A DNA stretch of 37,862 nucleotides. It comes from a virus (taxonomy: Duplodnaviria; Caudoviricetes). The translations under genes and the position numbers were made by a program. Under the pieces are notes generated by a model. It was not told the origin of the DNA. It saw only the letters and a program-made list of their open reading frames with translations, and searched no databases. The stretch spans positions 1-37,862 of IMG/VR virus record IMGVR_UViG_3300008255_000067; one strand, 5' to 3'. Positions 1-7,925 of this stretch are shown piece after piece (position 1 is the first letter of the stretch; each line of letters opens with the position of its first letter).

Positions 1-123
1 GCCTTCGAGTTGATAAAGCAGTACCAGATTTAAAAGCCCCACGAATACCCTTATCTTCCCAATCTGAGATACCGCCTTTAAATGATTTTAGTGTAAATGC
101 TTGTGGCATACATTAATTCCTTA
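1..123. repeat. Terminal direct repeat, copy 1 (identical to 37740-37862); circular assembly overlap
   Basis: The 123-bp sequence gccttcgagttgataaagc...cattaattcctta is present at both ends. It lies over the 5' end of the 36424..37848 gene. Confidence 0.97.
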
Positions 124-1413
124 CTGATATTGATCAGTGTACGTAGTTCCTCGATCTGTGTAGTTATAAATATACCCATCAATTCCAATGTGATATGCCA
201 TTGATTTCTGAATAACTGGCTGAGAAACAAGGATATATTCCATTGACTTAGTGATAGCGTGATCAGCAATTAGCGTGTACGCAAGTGACTTTGTAATAGC
301 AGCCTCGGTTAACACCGCATATACCATTGACTTAGTAACTATTTGCTCGAGTAAAATTGCATACGCCATTGACTTAGTAATACCAAGCAACCGTAAAATC
401 ATGTACTCAAAACCTTTAGTGATTAAGTTATCTGGTACAACTGAGTAAATTAAGCCCTTAGTAATAGCAGCCATCGCTTTTACAACGGCATATTGAACCG
501 ACTTAGTAACTGAAATAGGTCTTTTAACAGTGTATTGATCACTTTTAGTTATTGAATAAACATTTTTTACTGCATAAGCAGAAGATTTAGTAACTGAATA
601 AGTAGTAACAACAATATATCTAATTATGACTATTCCAGAACCACCATTGCCACCTGATGTTAGTTCAGTATGTGGGTATCTGCCACCGCCACCGCCACCG
701 CCAGTATTTGCTGTTCCAGCAGTTCCAGCAGCAGCAGAATTGCTACCTGCACCTCCGCCACCATTGCCACCAGCAGCTCCGGTTGTTGAATATGTAGTAG
801 ATCCACCGCCACCGCCACCGCCTGCGTAATAAACAGAAGAACCAGAAATGCTATAAGCAACACCTACCCCACCCACTCCATTAGTAGAACCACTGCCTGT
901 ACCACCAGCACCTCCTGCACCTCCGCCACCACCAGTTGGATACGGATTCGATGAGCTGTTATTACCACCAGCACTACCTTGCCCACCAGTTCCAGCTGCG
1001 CCACTAACCCCCGCTCCCGAATGATGTGCCCCACCTCCAGAACCACCCGTAGTTGGATTCGCTTCCGTTATATCAGTGACACGACCGCCACCGCCACCGC
1101 CACCAATTGCAGTTAAAGAATCAAAGACTGAGTTACTACCGTTAGCACCTCTGTTATTTGTTCCACCGCTACCTGCACCGCCACCGCCAACGGTAACAGG
1201 GTAAGTTTGAGCAGTTACAGCAAAAGCAGAATCGTATAAAACACCTCCTGCACCGCCACCGCCACCTGCTGAACCACCGCCACCGCCACCTGCTGCAACT
1301 AAGACTTCAACATCACCACCAGTAGTAACAATAAAGCTACCACCAGAAGTAAAGGTATGTATTTTATACGAACCAGAATAAGTAATTGTGCCACCAGTTG
1401 CTACAACAGACAT
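121..1413 (-). CDS. Glycine-rich virion/tail-associated protein with C-terminal 14-aa repeats
   Basis: N-terminal ATGGTIT..YKIHTFTSGGSF...GGGGGAGG...GGSGIVIIRY glycine-rich domain typical of phage structural proteins, followed by about 10 [IV]TK[SG]xxYx[VI] repeats. Lies in the structural block. Confidence 0.75.
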   Translation of the reverse strand: MSVVATGGTITYSGSYKIHTFTSGGSFIVTTGGDVEVLVAAGGGGGGSAGGGGGAGGVLYDSAFAVTAQTYPVTVGGGGAGSGGTNNRGANGSNSVFDSLTAIGGGGGGGRVTDITEANPTTGGSGGGAHHSGAGVSGAAGTGGQGSAGGNNSSSNPYPTGGGGGAGGAGGTGSGSTNGVGGVGVAYSISGSSVYYAGGGGGGGSTTYSTTGAAGGNGGGGAGSNSAAAGTAGTANTGGGGGGGRYPHTELTSGGNGGSGIVIIRYIVVTTYSVTKSSAYAVKNVYSITKSDQYTVKRPISVTKSVQYAVVKAMAAITKGLIYSVVPDNLITKGFEYMILRLLGITKSMAYAILLEQIVTKSMVYAVLTEAAITKSLAYTLIADHAITKSMEYILVSQPVIQKSMAYHIGIDGYIYNYTDRGTTYTDQYQ

Positions 1414-1652
1414 TATTTACTTTCTTTCAGTAATTTATCAATAACTTGCAAATATAATTCATCTGAATCAATTAATTTTTTATTAATATCTACTTTACTC
1501 AGAGCATCTATTTTTTCTTGACTATTATTTTTTAGTTTTTTAGAAACAATAGCCCAATACTGCATACTTGCCTTTTGACCAACTATTTGAAAGGCTATCT
1601 TATTTCTAAGTTCTATGATTAGTTCGTAGTTTGTCTTAACTTTTTTAATCAC
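1413..1652 (-). CDS. Hypothetical protein (79 aa, basic, helical)
   Basis: GTG start with AAGGA upstream; stop overlaps the next start (TAATG). Confidence 0.65.
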   Translation of the reverse strand: MIKKVKTNYELIIELRNKIAFQIVGQKASMQYWAIVSKKLKNNSQEKIDALSKVDINKKLIDSDELYLQVIDKLLKESK

Positions 1653-1658
1653 ATATCC

Positions 1659-2063
1659 TTAAAAATGCACTAAATTTAAATCATTAGTTATTACCAGTTC
1701 ACCACTTGGAAAAATACAAAAGTGATTTCTAGTCTTATCCTCTTTATACCCAAAAATAATAACCGTTTCTTTACGACTATTTTCACCACCCACATCAAGA
1801 ATACCTTTACGATAGAAGAAAAATAACTGCATTGATTCTGGATTATAAAGAATGGTAAAAGGATCTTTCTCACCCTGAAGATCAACCACCTGAAAAATAA
1901 ACGGCAAAGTAAGATCTATCTCACTGAATTGATGAAACAAACCAGATACAAAGTCAAATTGATGAAGCTCACGACCATCGTGATATTTAACAACCCATCC
2001 CCAAGTTTGAAGATCAACCTGCTCGTTTTCTTTTGTGTCTTCTCTGAAAAATGTAAATTGCAT
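1659..2063 (-). CDS. Hypothetical phage protein (WxWxVxYxDG...QFD...FHQF)
   Basis: Clean ORF, 134 aa, within the structural operon, preceded by a tandem hairpin leader. Confidence 0.75.
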   Translation of the reverse strand: MQFTFFREDTKENEQVDLQTWGWVVKYHDGRELHQFDFVSGLFHQFSEIDLTLPFIFQVVDLQGEKDPFTILYNPESMQLFFFYRKGILDVGGENSRKETVIIFGYKEDKTRNHFCIFPSGELVITNDLNLVHF

Positions 2064-2096
2064 TGTATTGCCTCACTTCCTGCCATTGTATTGGCA
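2059..2096 (-). promoter_or_regulatory. Tandem hairpins with identical AUACAA loops; the second covers the AUG (candidate translational operator)
   Basis: Minus strand TGCCA-ATACAA-TGGCA ... GCA-ATACAA-TGC. CAATACAATG is repeated at 2084-2093 and 2061-2070. Confidence 0.55.
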
Positions 2097-2116
2097 TAAA
2101 ACTTTCTTATTACTCT

Positions 2117-2626
2117 TTAAGCCGTTTCATCATACTGATAATTCATCGTACTAGTAGATCCTGCAGTTGCAGAAGCATCAGTAGTCAATTGATGAATTAA
2201 GTAATCTGAGTAACCAGTAGCCGTTAAAGTTCCAGAGAGTGACCCTGCAATACCTAAATTAGCCGTACCTGGTTCAGAAGTAGGCATAGCTTGATCAGCA
2301 CCAGTAATCGCCGTATTTACCGGTGTAGCATAGGTTGCAGCCCCACCATAAGAAGTAGTGCGTGCATTAGTTACATGAGCATGAGTACCACCAGTACCAA
2401 GTGAACCAGTGCGCCATACTTTCAAGTTACCGACACTTGAAGCACCACCCATAGCAGTAACATTAAAACGCTGATATTTTGCGTAAGATCGAGTATTAGG
2501 AGTAAGAGGATACGTAACCGGATTTAGGTTAACCGATTCATTACTACCCATGTTTGTGTTAGTGATTGAAGCTGTGACGGTTTCACCTGCGCCATTTGAT
2601 TCAGCTATTGATACTGTTGCTGCCAT
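2117..2626 (-). CDS. Virion structural protein (beta-rich, Thr/Gly/Ala-rich)
   Basis: Composition and position downstream of the capsid gene; ends YQYDETA. Confidence 0.65.
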   Translation of the reverse strand: MAATVSIAESNGAGETVTASITNTNMGSNESVNLNPVTYPLTPNTRSYAKYQRFNVTAMGGASSVGNLKVWRTGSLGTGGTHAHVTNARTTSYGGAATYATPVNTAITGADQAMPTSEPGTANLGIAGSLSGTLTATGYSDYLIHQLTTDASATAGSTSTMNYQYDETA

Positions 2627-2630
2627 AGTA

Positions 2631-3374
2631 TTATCCCTTCGCCATTATATATAAAGCCAACGTATAGCTAGGACTTGTACCGGCTGTTACCAGCTTGGCA
2701 CGTACCCATCTACCGAAGTTCGCTGTTAATCTCTTTAAGATCATCGCATCAGAAGTAGTCACTTGAGCAAACGCATCACCTGAAGCCATCCAATTTAAAC
2801 CATCTGGTGAAAATTCAAAGCTCACATCAAGAGTAGGATTAGTACCGGCATGAGCTGTCACATTCAAAAACGCAACTGCCTCAGTGTAGTAAGCCATATC
2901 AATAGGATCTGAGTAAACAGTGTCACCGTTAGCATCACCATTAATTGTAATTCCATTCAAAGATCCGCCAATTGCACCTACCATAACAGTAGCACCCCAT
3001 GAAAGAGTAGTGCCAACCGGTGTGGTTGTAACAATTGAATTACTTGCATACCCAATAGTTCTAGCTGTAATCGTGGTTGCGTGTGCAGTCACCGCACCAG
3101 CAGTTACCAATGTATGAGCTACCGTACCTGCAAAATATTCAGTACCAGCAGTACCAGTACCATTGATAGCCTTAACCAAGTTAGCTAAAGTAGTATCAGC
3201 AAGAGAAGCGTGAAGCTTAACATCATAAGCCTGAGCCATCGTACTTTTAAATCTATACGTAATTGCACCGATTTTGACAGTATCGCCATCAGTAGGATTC
3301 GTTTCATTTGAAGTTAAAACACCAGTGGCATAAGCTTCATCAATGACTGTAGGGATTAATTGAGTTGTATTCAT
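2631..3374 (-). CDS. Virion decoration/fibre-like structural protein
   Basis: Likely start MNTTQ at 3374, directly after the upstream stop (TAAtATG). Shares the DTVKIGAITYRFK...YDVK...NLVKAINGTGTAGTEY domain with 3376..4692. Confidence 0.7.
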   Translation of the reverse strand: MNTTQLIPTVIDEAYATGVLTSNETNPTDGDTVKIGAITYRFKSTMAQAYDVKLHASLADTTLANLVKAINGTGTAGTEYFAGTVAHTLVTAGAVTAHATTITARTIGYASNSIVTTTPVGTTLSWGATVMVGAIGGSLNGITINGDANGDTVYSDPIDMAYYTEAVAFLNVTAHAGTNPTLDVSFEFSPDGLNWMASGDAFAQVTTSDAMILKRLTANFGRWVRAKLVTAGTSPSYTLALYIMAKG

Positions 3375-3375
3375 A

Positions 3376-4692
3376 TTAGTATGCACTTCCTAAACTAATT
3401 CTTCTCCAGTTTGTATCAGCTACCGTATTTGCTGCAACTGCATGATAGAGATATGTAGCATCAGCTAGAATTTCATTCGCTTTACCCACTGTACCATTTA
3501 CACCAGCAGCTAAAACACCAGCACCCCATGCACCATTAGTTAAAGTTTCAGTAGTTGCAATTGAATGAGCTGCAGTACCTTTAACTTTAGCCGTCACTAC
3601 TTGAGAAGTATTGTCATTTGCATCAGCAGTCACCGTAGGATGAACCACTGTGCCAGTACTGTAGTTTGTACCTGCAGTTGCACCGGCATTAATCGCTACT
3701 TTTAAATTATCAAGTGCTTCAGCACTACTTGCACCAAACAAAACTTGATTAGCAATTGCTGCAGCAGGTGCATTAGTTTCAGATAACACATCTACAAAAC
3801 TATAAACTACCGAATCAATAGTAACTGTTTCAGGTGCTACACCAGGATTACTTGCACCAGTGCCACCACCTAGAGTTGTATCAGCCCATGAAAGATGTGC
3901 TGAGGTTTCAGTAGTAGCAGAAGCATTAGCAGCCGTACCAGGCACACGTGCCACAACCTTTTGAGTTGTATCAGCATTTGTAGTAGCTACCACCGTAGGA
4001 TGAGCTAGAGTGCCAGTAAAGTATTCAACCCCTGCAGTACCAGAAGCATTAATAGCAGCCTTCAAGTTGTCAAGAGTAGCAGCAGCAGAAGCACCGATTT
4101 TAACATCGTATGCAGCTAGCATAGTGTCTTTGAACCGGTAAACAGTTGAACCAATCGTTAGAGTTTCAGCATCAGATACATTCGTAGCATCACTTGTAAC
4201 CACACTCTCAGCATGACTACCTGGCACAATCACACCAGTTAAAGTAAGTGTTTGAGCAGCAGCCACCGCATTGACCGGTGTACCTTCTTCAACTGCAAAG
4301 CTTGTAAATACCGTAGCAGCTAGATCAATAGTTGCAGCTAAAGCAGCAGCATCAACCGCACCGGCTGCAATCTCAGCACCAGAAATACTATTTAAGTTAT
4401 TCCAAGTCGCTGAAGAAGTTGTGCCTGAATTGTAATAAATAGAGGTACTATCCACATCAATAAACAAAGCACCGACCTTAAAACCATCAACACTCGTAGG
4501 TACAGTGTTACCAGAAGCCACAACAATCATGCCATCAGCATCTTCTAAAATAATTTGATTCGTTAAGTAGGGAAGTCGAGCTGCTAAAAACGCTGCATCT
4601 CTGGTGGTTCTTTGACCAGCAGTTTGAGCATTAATTGCGACTAGTCTTTCAATTGTGGGTGTTGGTAGGTCTGTTTTTGTTACGAATGGCAT
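3376..4692 (-). CDS. Capsid decoration/fibre-like structural protein with a duplicated domain
   Basis: Immediately downstream of the MCP, GAGGA SD, two internal copies of ETxTIxSxVYxF...LDNLKxAINAxxTAGxxY..GTxxHPTV. Confidence 0.7.
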   Translation of the reverse strand: MPFVTKTDLPTPTIERLVAINAQTAGQRTTRDAAFLAARLPYLTNQIILEDADGMIVVASGNTVPTSVDGFKVGALFIDVDSTSIYYNSGTTSSATWNNLNSISGAEIAAGAVDAAALAATIDLAATVFTSFAVEEGTPVNAVAAAQTLTLTGVIVPGSHAESVVTSDATNVSDAETLTIGSTVYRFKDTMLAAYDVKIGASAAATLDNLKAAINASGTAGVEYFTGTLAHPTVVATTNADTTQKVVARVPGTAANASATTETSAHLSWADTTLGGGTGASNPGVAPETVTIDSVVYSFVDVLSETNAPAAAIANQVLFGASSAEALDNLKVAINAGATAGTNYSTGTVVHPTVTADANDNTSQVVTAKVKGTAAHSIATTETLTNGAWGAGVLAAGVNGTVGKANEILADATYLYHAVAANTVADTNWRRISLGSAY

Positions 4693-4712
4693 AAGGTAAA
4701 TTCCTCGTTCTT

Positions 4713-4752
4713 CAGAGGTGTAGCAAATCTATTTCAATCTGCTACACCCCTG
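4713..4752 (-). terminator. Long hairpin after the major capsid gene (terminator or stabilising/processing stem)
   Basis: CAGGGGTGTAGCAGAT-N8-ATTTGCTACACCTCTG with G-U pairs on the minus strand; no U-tract follows. Confidence 0.6.
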
Positions 4753-4771
4753 TATTATTCACTTATTAAGC

Positions 4772-5878
4772 TTAGACGTAACAGAACAGTTCAGCACCAG
4801 CTTTTCGGCGTTCATCTACGACCTTTGCGCCGTAAACTGTCAAGCCTTTGTAGGCTTTACCGAAGTTACCGATCAGATCTTCAATTCCTGTTTCAACAAA
4901 GCCCATAGCCAGAGTAACCCATGACTTGTGACCTGCTAAGACGTGGAATCCGTCTGTGTTGTTACCAGCGACACGATTCGATACGAATACCATGAAGCTT
5001 GCAACATCGCCTACGTAACCTTTTTTGATCACACTTTGGTAAGCCTCACTGATTGCAGGAGTGAGTTCACCGGCTTGCACTAGCAAGGTGTGAATTTTTG
5101 GAGGTACGACCAACCATCTGTCATCGGCAGGGATTTCAGCTTCATCAAGTTTCTCACCAAGTTGCACGATTTTTGCATAGATCGTATCTTTGGTAACTTG
5201 AACCTTGGTGTTAGCTTGCACAATGTAAGCTGCACCGCCTGAGATAGCACCGCCATCATACGCTGACACATCATCGTCACTATCATTTTCGATCACGATA
5301 GCTGTAGCAGATGAGTAGGTTTTAACTCGATACCAGACTGGCTTGCCTTCAGCATCTTCAAGACCTTCAGCCCAGAAGCCTTTACCGACCATAGCAGAAG
5401 TGAAAGTTGTACCTGAACCAGTGACCGCACCAGTGGTTACATCAATAGTAACCGTACCAGTTGCGTAGTCAGTACCAACTCTATTACCAGCAGCTACATC
5501 ACCGTATAGACCCAAAACATAGGTATCAATGACTTGCTTGGTTTTCTTTGCCAAGGTTTCAATCAAAGTACCCTCTGGATTTTTGATCCATGACTTGAAT
5601 TTATCAAGAGATTTAATCTTGAAGTAGTAGGCTTTCTTTTGTGTGGTTTCCAGCACACCGACTGATTCTTGTGGATCATCAGCAGCAGCCAAGTTAGAAC
5701 CATCATAATCTCGAAGCTCTAAAGCACCGAAAGTTAAAATGTTTACTTTTGATTGCTGATCTTTAATCTCACCTTCGTAGTCGTGGTTAGCGATTTCATC
5801 GGCAACCGAACGCTCGAAGTAGATTTTTACAATTTTCTGAGCAAAGCCCTCAGATAGGTTTATTGCGTAGTCTGACAT
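4772..5878 (-). CDS. Major capsid protein (P22 coat-like, HK97 fold) with an inserted beta-domain
   Basis: Follows the scaffold gene; motifs NHDYEGEIK..SKVNI, KLDEAEIP..RWLVVPP, GKAYKGLTVYGAKVV; strong AGGAG SD. Confidence 0.88.
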   Translation of the reverse strand: MSDYAINLSEGFAQKIVKIYFERSVADEIANHDYEGEIKDQQSKVNILTFGALELRDYDGSNLAAADDPQESVGVLETTQKKAYYFKIKSLDKFKSWIKNPEGTLIETLAKKTKQVIDTYVLGLYGDVAAGNRVGTDYATGTVTIDVTTGAVTGSGTTFTSAMVGKGFWAEGLEDAEGKPVWYRVKTYSSATAIVIENDSDDDVSAYDGGAISGGAAYIVQANTKVQVTKDTIYAKIVQLGEKLDEAEIPADDRWLVVPPKIHTLLVQAGELTPAISEAYQSVIKKGYVGDVASFMVFVSNRVAGNNTDGFHVLAGHKSWVTLAMGFVETGIEDLIGNFGKAYKGLTVYGAKVVDERRKAGAELFCYV

Positions 5879-5933
5879 AGCTCGGACTCCTTTTATGCTT
5901 ACTAATAGTAAGTACTAATACTTAATGTCGTAA

Positions 5934-5968
5934 GCCGTTCCGATTATGCTATGCACTAGGAGTTAGGC
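5934..5968 (-). promoter_or_regulatory. MCP 5' leader stem with a CC-UAAC / AC-GG asymmetric internal loop
   Basis: GCC TAAC TCC ... GGA AC GGC; the same loop is found in the scaffold leader (6884-6913). Confidence 0.55.
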
Positions 5969-5981
5969 AGATTCAGTTACC

Positions 5982-6011
5982 ATCATAGATCACACTAATT
6001 CTTCTTGTCAA
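5982..6011 (-). promoter_or_regulatory. Sigma70-type promoter for the capsid gene
   Basis: TTGACA (6006-6011) - 18 nt - TATGAT (5982-5987). Confidence 0.7.
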
Positions 6012-6021
6012 ATGGGAATTT

Positions 6022-6062
6022 AAGAAACGTGTAAGTGCGTGCCGTTACTCACGCCACCTACA
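6022..6062 (-). terminator. Hairpin/terminator after the scaffold gene
   Basis: TGTAGGTG GCGTG AGTAACGG CACGC ACTTACA followed by CGTTTCTT. Confidence 0.5.
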
Positions 6063-6881
6063 TTAGATTTTAATATCAAGCTTACCAGATCTAACCAATC
6101 GCTCGTACTCTTTAGGATTGTTCTGGCGAAGCATCTTAGCATCATCAGCCGTGTATTCTTTTTTATCAGTCTTATGCTTTTGAGTTGCACCCTGACCACT
6201 ACCAGTTTCAAGCATAGACCCTTTTTTCTTTTCAGGTTTAGCCGGTGCAGTAGTACCAACCTCATACGCAAATGCTGCAGCTAAAATATCAAGATTCATA
6301 CCCTTGCGCTCTGGCTTATTGCAATACTTCTTGAAGGCATCTTTATCTTTAATGCTGATCTTTTCAGTTTCATCATTTTCAGCTAAAAAGCCATCAATCT
6401 GACTTTGCCACTTACGCTCATTTAGGTATTCACTTTGACCCTGCTCGAGTGCAGTAATCTTTTGATCTTGAACTACCGTATTTTTAAGTGCAGCCTTAAC
6501 ACCATCATCATAACTATCCCAATCTGGGTACTTCTGTTTCATCAAATCATCAGTAACCTCTTTAGGCTTAGTTGCTTCTTCAAGCTTACGTTTCGTTTCT
6601 TTCTCACGCTCTGCTAGTACCTGAGCTTCACGACTTGACTCGGTAAACTTATTTTTCCAATACTCAACACCCTTTTCATCATCAGCTTTAGCATCAGGCT
6701 TTTTATCCTTGCCAGCATCTTCTTCTTGATCAGCATCCTGATCTTCATTTTTATCTGAGGATTTATCAGTATCAGCAGAATCATCCTGATCTTCTTGATC
6801 AGCATCTTCTTCTTTTACTTCATCAACATCATCAATTTCATCATTGACCTTTGAGCGATCATTATCTGTAAAAACTGCCAT
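6063..6881 (-). CDS. Head scaffolding protein
   Basis: Acidic N-terminus, coiled coil (KFTESSREAQVL), basic C-terminal helix, directly upstream of the MCP. Confidence 0.8.
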   Translation of the reverse strand: MAVFTDNDRSKVNDEIDDVDEVKEEDADQEDQDDSADTDKSSDKNEDQDADQEEDAGKDKKPDAKADDEKGVEYWKNKFTESSREAQVLAEREKETKRKLEEATKPKEVTDDLMKQKYPDWDSYDDGVKAALKNTVVQDQKITALEQGQSEYLNERKWQSQIDGFLAENDETEKISIKDKDAFKKYCNKPERKGMNLDILAAAFAYEVGTTAPAKPEKKKGSMLETGSGQGATQKHKTDKKEYTADDAKMLRQNNPKEYERLVRSGKLDIKI

Positions 6882-6883
6882 AT

Positions 6884-6913
6884 AAACCGTCCTTTCTTAG
6901 TAGGGTTTGGTTT
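6884..6913 (-). promoter_or_regulatory. Scaffold leader hairpin sequestering the SD, with a CC-AAAC / AC-GG internal loop
   Basis: AAACC AAAC CCT actaagaa AGG AC GGTTT at ATG. Confidence 0.6.
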
Positions 6914-6928
6914 GATTAATACTCAACT

Positions 6929-7495
6929 TTAAACTACTTCAGAGCCAGCATCTTCAGACTCAGCATCAGCCTTGCCTTCATTACTAGTTTCATAAGTAGC
7001 TAAAATTTTCTCACGTAATGCTTCTGCATCTTTATAGAAATGCACGCCTTTAATACCAAGTTCCTTAGCAACCACTTTAAGCTGCTCAAGATTCATAGCA
7101 TCAATATCAATTTCTTCACCATCCTCACCAGTTGTAGCTTCACTCTCAACTACTTCAAGCTCACCACTATCTTCAGGCATATCAGGATCAGCATCATCTT
7201 CATTAGCTTCATCACCTGCCTCTAACGGACTGCCTTCAGGTACAACATTTTCTACATCAACTGCATCTTGAACTTCATCAATCACTTCAGGCTCACTCAC
7301 ATCTTGCAAATCTTTTTTAGCTACCGTTTTCAAACTCTTATCACCATTCAATTTGATAGCACTATTTAATCTAGCAAGTTGTTCAGGACTCAAGTAACTA
7401 GCTCTAGCACGTAAAAATCTTAAATCTGATTCTGTCCACGCACCATCACCCTTAGACAAAATGGCTATTAATCGTTTTTTCATTTCTGGATTCAT
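6929..7495 (-). CDS. Acidic head-associated protein with a C-terminal Rho-N/HeH-like motif
   Basis: MNLEQLKVVAKELGIKG...EALREKIL; N-terminal D..FL.AR..YL motif shared with 3376..4692; GGGAG SD. Confidence 0.6.
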   Translation of the reverse strand: MNPEMKKRLIAILSKGDGAWTESDLRFLRARASYLSPEQLARLNSAIKLNGDKSLKTVAKKDLQDVSEPEVIDEVQDAVDVENVVPEGSPLEAGDEANEDDADPDMPEDSGELEVVESEATTGEDGEEIDIDAMNLEQLKVVAKELGIKGVHFYKDAEALREKILATYETSNEGKADAESEDAGSEVV

Positions 7496-7532
7496 AAAGC
7501 TCCCTTGTTATTGTTAGTTACAATTAATAATA

Positions 7533-7895
7533 CTACACTACTGTACCTAGGTTCTGCAAATTCTTTTCAAGTGCCTCTCTAGCTTGCTCTGGTGTAGCCA
7601 AGAATGAGGATAGCAATAAATAATTTTTAAGCCTTGCCTTGAGATGAATATTTTTAGGATTAGGTCGTTTCCAAAATGGAAATATCTCACTATGAATATA
7701 CTCAGGCTCATCAGCTAACTCAATCGTAACGGCACGCTGCATATTATCAATGTGTGATCGTATATCACCCACCGTTAAATCAGAGGACATTTGCTTGAGC
7801 CACCCCTGATACACCAGCTTTTCATCATCTGAAAGATCTGAATACGAATCAACGCCTAAGCGTTTTAAAGTGTCATTGAGAAGATCCATAGCCAT
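7533..7895 (-). CDS. Small head-morphogenesis protein between portal and scaffold
   Basis: AAGGAG SD; position after the portal. Confidence 0.65.
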   Translation of the reverse strand: MAMDLLNDTLKRLGVDSYSDLSDDEKLVYQGWLKQMSSDLTVGDIRSHIDNMQRAVTIELADEPEYIHSEIFPFWKRPNPKNIHLKARLKNYLLLSSFLATPEQAREALEKNLQNLGTVV

Positions 7896-7925
7896 AAGTC
7901 GTTACTCCTTACTACCATACTACCA

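Noticed and set aside
1-123. Biological direct terminal repeat of the packaged genome
   Set aside because: The length is in the range of assembler k-mer overlaps and the repeat falls in a tail gene. It most likely marks circular assembly, not a physical terminus.
626-1320. Plus-strand Pro-rich ORFs and CCACCG repeats as tandem repeat or CRISPR
   Set aside because: These are the antisense shadow of poly-Gly codons in 121..1413; there is no repeat-spacer structure.
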